Positions 30,228 through 33,906 of a stretch of 33,906 nucleotides of DNA are shown in pieces. Within the stretch, counting starts at the first letter, position 1; every line of letters begins with the position of its first letter. The translations under genes were made by a program, and so were the position numbers. The notes under the pieces were generated by a model. That model worked only from the letters and a program-made list of their open reading frames with translations. It did no database searches and was not told the origin of the DNA. Origin of the DNA: Chromatiales bacterium (GTDB taxonomy: Bacteria > Pseudomonadota > Gammaproteobacteria > Thiohalomonadales > Thiohalomonadaceae); contig DAOWII010000107.1 in the NCBI GenBank assembly GCA_030640985.1, forward strand, positions 1 through 33,906, read 5' to 3'.

Positions 30228-31388
30228 ATGCCAGCGCCCGCCAAAGTTATTGATCTCTTACATGACCTCATTGCCGCTCCGTCGGTGAGCAGCGTCAGCC
30301 CCGCCTTTGATTCCAGTAATAAACCAGTGATTAGTTTGCTGGCCGAATGGTTGTTGAGCGAAGGTTTTGAGGTGGAAATATTGCCGCTGCCGGGCCAACC
30401 CAACAAGGCCAATCTTATCGCGACTTTGGGAAGTGGCTCCGGTGGGCTGGTGCTGGCCGGACATACCGATACGGTCCCCTTTGATGCAGAAAAATGGAAT
30501 CACGATCCCTTCAAGCTGACCGAGGCCGATAATCGTCTTTACGGACTGGGCATGTCGGATATGAAAAGTTTTTTTGCCCTGGCCATTGAAGCAGCGCGGG
30601 GCTTCGATAAAAACAATTTCCAGCAACCACTCATTATCCTCGCCACCGCCGATGAAGAGAGCACCATGGATGGCGCCAAAGCCCTGGTGGAATTGGGCAA
30701 GCCCAAAGGACGCTATGCAGTGATTGGCGAACCCACCGGCCTCAAACCCATCAATGCCCACAAGGGTATGATGATGGAATCGGTGCGCCTGACAGGACGT
30801 TCCGGCCATTCAAGTGACCCCACTCTAGGTATCAGCGCCCTGGAAGGTATGCAGCAAGCCATGACTGAGATCTTAAAATGGCGGGAAGAATTGCAAAGCC
30901 AGTATCGTGATGCTCTGTTTGCCGTACCCTTTCCTACCCTTAACCTGGGGCACATCCACGGCGGAGACAATCCCAATCGCATCTGTGGCTGTTGTGATCT
31001 ACATATCGATCTACGGCCCCTACCCGGCATGGAGCTGGAGGAACTGCGAGCCACCCTACAACAGCGTCTTTTTCACTTACTACAAGGCAGCGAACTGGAG
31101 CTGAGTATCACGCCTTTGTTTGACGGCACCCCGGCCATGCACACCGACAAAAGCTCGGCCATCGTTAGCGCAGCGGAAAAACTCACCGGTCATGCTGCAG
31201 GTTCAGTGGCCTTCTGCACCGAGGGGCCTTACCTCAATGCCATGGGTATGGAGACGGTGATCCTCGGCCCAGGCGATATTGCCCAGGCCCATCAACCCGA
31301 TGAATTTCTTGCCCTGGATCGCATCCAGCCCACCATAGATTTGCTGAAAAACTTGATTCAGCGCTTTTGCATGGAAAAAACAGGCTAA
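30228..31388 (+). CDS. argE: Acetylornithine deacetylase
   Basis: LAGHTDTVP, YGLGMSDMK, ADEE, IGEPT, AHKG, FCTEG, AHQPDE; likely start MPAPAK at 30228. Confidence 0.96.
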   Translation: MPAPAKVIDLLHDLIAAPSVSSVSPAFDSSNKPVISLLAEWLLSEGFEVEILPLPGQPNKANLIATLGSGSGGLVLAGHTDTVPFDAEKWNHDPFKLTEADNRLYGLGMSDMKSFFALAIEAARGFDKNNFQQPLIILATADEESTMDGAKALVELGKPKGRYAVIGEPTGLKPINAHKGMMMESVRLTGRSGHSSDPTLGISALEGMQQAMTEILKWREELQSQYRDALFAVPFPTLNLGHIHGGDNPNRICGCCDLHIDLRPLPGMELEELRATLQQRLFHLLQGSELELSITPLFDGTPAMHTDKSSAIVSAAEKLTGHAAGSVAFCTEGPYLNAMGMETVILGPGDIAQAHQPDEFLALDRIQPTIDLLKNLIQRFCMEKTG

Positions 31389-31517
31389 ATCCGCTTCATC
31401 AGACTTGCGTCAACCGGCCTCTCCCACCACAATAAGCATCTGGAACTCTCTGATTAAACAGACTTTTTTATAAACTTGTTATAACAACCCTTACAGATAC
31501 AAAAACAGGCACATACT

Positions 31518-32846
31518 GTGAACACGGAAACACCACTCGACCTACAGACCTTTGTTAGCTGGTTTCGTAACTCGGCACCCTATATCAATGCGTTCCGTGG
31601 TCGTACTTTTGTGATCAGTTTTGGCGGAGAACTGATCGCCGAACAACAGTTCGCCAACCTGGTACATGACATTGCTCTGCTCAACAGCCTGGGCGTACGG
31701 CTGGTGCTGGTGCATGGGGCCCGGCCCCAGATCGAGGAACGGCTCAAAGCACGTAATGTGGAAATACAATACGTTGATGACCTACGCGTCACCGATGCCG
31801 ATGCACTTGCCTGCGTGATCGAAGCCGCGGGTTCCGTGCGGGTAGAGATCGAAGCACTGCTCTCCATGGGGCTAGCCAACTCGCCCATGGCCGGGGCCTC
31901 CATCCGTGTCACCAGTGGTAATTTTGTCACCGCCAAGCCCCTGGGTATTCGTGACGGTATCGATTTCTGTCACACCGGTGAAGTGCGCAACATTGATATC
32001 GCTGCCATTAATAATCAGCTGGATAACAACAGCATCGTTGTACTGTCGCCGCTGGGTTACTCACCCACTGGTGAAGTGTTCAACCTCAGCGCAGAAGATG
32101 TCGCCAGCAGTGCCGCCAGCCAACTGGGGGCGGATAAACTCATCAGCCTCATCGATGGTTCCGGCCTGAAAGATGCGGGCAATAGTCTGATGCGTGAACT
32201 GACGCCCATCGCGGCAGATGAATTACTCAATACACGGGATGATATTCCACCGGCAATTCGCAAGTGTCTGGGAAGCGCCATATATGCCTGCAATCATGGG
32301 GTACGGCGTAGCCACCTCATCGACCGCCACGTGGATGGTGCTATTTTACTGGAACTATTTACCCGCGATGGTATCGGCACCCTGATCACCGCCGAGACCT
32401 TTGAAGATATGCGTCAGGCCAATATCGAAGACGTGGGCGGTATCCTGGAGCTGATCGAGCCACTGGAAGAAGAAGGCATACTGGTTCGCCGTTCGCGGGA
32501 ACTGCTGGAAGTGGAGATCGATCATTTCTACGTAGTGGAACGGGATGGCACAATCATCGCCTGTACAGCACTCTATCCTTTTGCGAAACAAAAACTGGGA
32601 GAATTAGCCTGCCTGGCCGTACACAAGGACTACCGTAATGGCGGTCGTGGTGATGATTTGTTGAAGTATGTCGAGCGAGTGGCCAAAAAACAAAAACTTA
32701 AACGTTTATTTGTTTTTACCACCCGTACCGCACACTGGTTTCAAGAACGCGGCTTTAATACAGTGGAACTGGACGCGCTGCCCATTGAGCGACAGCAGGC
32801 CTATAACTACCAACGTCAATCCAGGGTCTTTCTTAAGAAACTTTAA
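31518..32846 (+). CDS. argA: N-acetylglutamate synthase
   Basis: FVSWFRNSAPYINAFRGRTFV, LVHGARPQI, ELFTRDGIGT, GNAT domain ELACLAV..TTRTAHWF. Confidence 0.98.
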   Translation: MNTETPLDLQTFVSWFRNSAPYINAFRGRTFVISFGGELIAEQQFANLVHDIALLNSLGVRLVLVHGARPQIEERLKARNVEIQYVDDLRVTDADALACVIEAAGSVRVEIEALLSMGLANSPMAGASIRVTSGNFVTAKPLGIRDGIDFCHTGEVRNIDIAAINNQLDNNSIVVLSPLGYSPTGEVFNLSAEDVASSAASQLGADKLISLIDGSGLKDAGNSLMRELTPIAADELLNTRDDIPPAIRKCLGSAIYACNHGVRRSHLIDRHVDGAILLELFTRDGIGTLITAETFEDMRQANIEDVGGILELIEPLEEEGILVRRSRELLEVEIDHFYVVERDGTIIACTALYPFAKQKLGELACLAVHKDYRNGGRGDDLLKYVERVAKKQKLKRLFVFTTRTAHWFQERGFNTVELDALPIERQQAYNYQRQSRVFLKKL

Positions 32847-32893
32847 TTTAAGAAGCTGTAGTTAAAAACCAGAACAAGGAACTATAGACGACC

Positions 32894-33724
32894 ATGGGTA
32901 AACGACAATTGAATGGTCATACCCGCCCATTTCTGAAATGGGCGGGTAATAAATATCAGATCATCGATCGCATCAAACAACAACTGCCCGAAGGCAAACG
33001 TCTCATCGAACCCTTCGCCGGTTCCGGTGCCGTGTTTCTCAATACCGACTACCCACGTTATTTACTCACCGACACCAATAACGATCTGATTAATCTTTAC
33101 AACTTCCTGAAAAAAGAAGGACAGGAATTTATCGAATATTGCCGCCCGCTTTATTCAGAAAAAAATAATCAGGAAGAACGTTATTACGCCCTGCGCGATG
33201 AATTCAATTCTTGCTCAGACAGTCGCAGACGATCCGCCCTGTTCGTTTACCTGAATCGACACGGTTATAATGGACTGTGTCGGTATAACAAGAAGGGTGG
33301 CTACAATGTCCCCTTTGGTCGTTACAAGCGCCCCTACTTCCCTGAAAAAGAAATGGTCGCCTTTCATCTAAAAGCAAAACGGGCCACCTTCAAATATCAG
33401 GATTTTCAAACCACCATCAAACAAGCCCGCGAAGGCGATGTTATTTATTGTGACCCACCCTATGTGCCTTTAAGCCCCTCGGCCAACTTCACCAGTTACA
33501 GCTCAGGTGGATTTGATATGGAGCTTCAGCAAACTCTTGCAGATATTGCCACACAAGCGGCCGAGCGTAATATCCCGGTACTCATATCCAATCATAAAAC
33601 AAAATTCACGGAAGAGGCTTATCAAGCAGCCAGTGATATCAAACGTTTTCATGTTCGTCGCTATATTAGTTGTAATGGCAATAAACGCGGCAAAGCAGGG
33701 GAGCTGCTCGCCTTATTTGATTAG
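32894..33724 (+). CDS. dam: Dam-family DNA adenine methyltransferase
   Basis: FLKWAGNK, EPFAGSGAVF, YNGLCRYN..G.YNVPFGRY, YCDPPY, ISNH, R.ISCNG..R...ELL. Confidence 0.93.
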   Translation: MGKRQLNGHTRPFLKWAGNKYQIIDRIKQQLPEGKRLIEPFAGSGAVFLNTDYPRYLLTDTNNDLINLYNFLKKEGQEFIEYCRPLYSEKNNQEERYYALRDEFNSCSDSRRRSALFVYLNRHGYNGLCRYNKKGGYNVPFGRYKRPYFPEKEMVAFHLKAKRATFKYQDFQTTIKQAREGDVIYCDPPYVPLSPSANFTSYSSGGFDMELQQTLADIATQAAERNIPVLISNHKTKFTEEAYQAASDIKRFHVRRYISCNGNKRGKAGELLALFD

Positions 33725-33752
33725 ATTCGTGGTATATCGCTGATTAGGGATA

Positions 33753-33826
33753 CAGTTGTTTCGCTCAGCAGGAATGGCGCATGGATGTGCCGATTATGGA
33801 GCTAAGGATGTAGGGCGAAACAACTG
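33753..33826. repeat. 74 bp palindromic intergenic element downstream of dam
   Basis: Perfect 12 bp inverted repeat CAGTTGTTTCGC / GCGAAACAACTG enclosing a GGCGCA-TGGA-TGTGCC hairpin. Confidence 0.6.
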
Positions 33827-33906
33827 ATCAACCAAAACCCCAACTATTTCCCTGCCCGAATCAACACACCCAAACCGGCCTCATCCAACACTCCATTTAG
33901 ATGTTC

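Overview
A 33.9 kb core-chromosome segment of a Gammaproteobacterium. Gene order and content resemble Pseudomonas/Chromatiales-like lineages (inference only). Housekeeping genes present: guaB (5' part), xseA with an M23 peptidase, an orphan OmpR-type regulator, clpB with a clear sigma32 promoter, a QseBC/PmrAB-type two-component pair, ilvIHC-psd-pssA-leuA, proS, ilvD, argE-argA and a dam methyltransferase. I see no rRNA, tRNA, CRISPR array, prophage or transposase. The most interesting signals are: (1) a family-4 uracil-DNA glycosylase in the holD position (directly upstream of rimI) with an N-terminal peptide and C-terminal end resembling DNA Pol III psi, a candidate replisome-tethered glycosylase; (2) a co-oriented rimI / tandem-ACT / second peptide deformylase / acyltransferase cassette; (3) a candidate QseB-box-driven ~85 nt sRNA after qseC; (4) a leaderless Leu-rich leader peptide for leuA whose leader is interrupted by a 177 bp palindromic MITE with a TTA duplication; (5) several degenerate domains (Psd lacking its His motif, PilZ lacking c-di-GMP motifs behind a structured GGA-rich leader, a VapD/Cas2-like protein). 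All family calls come from motif recognition by eye, without database searches.
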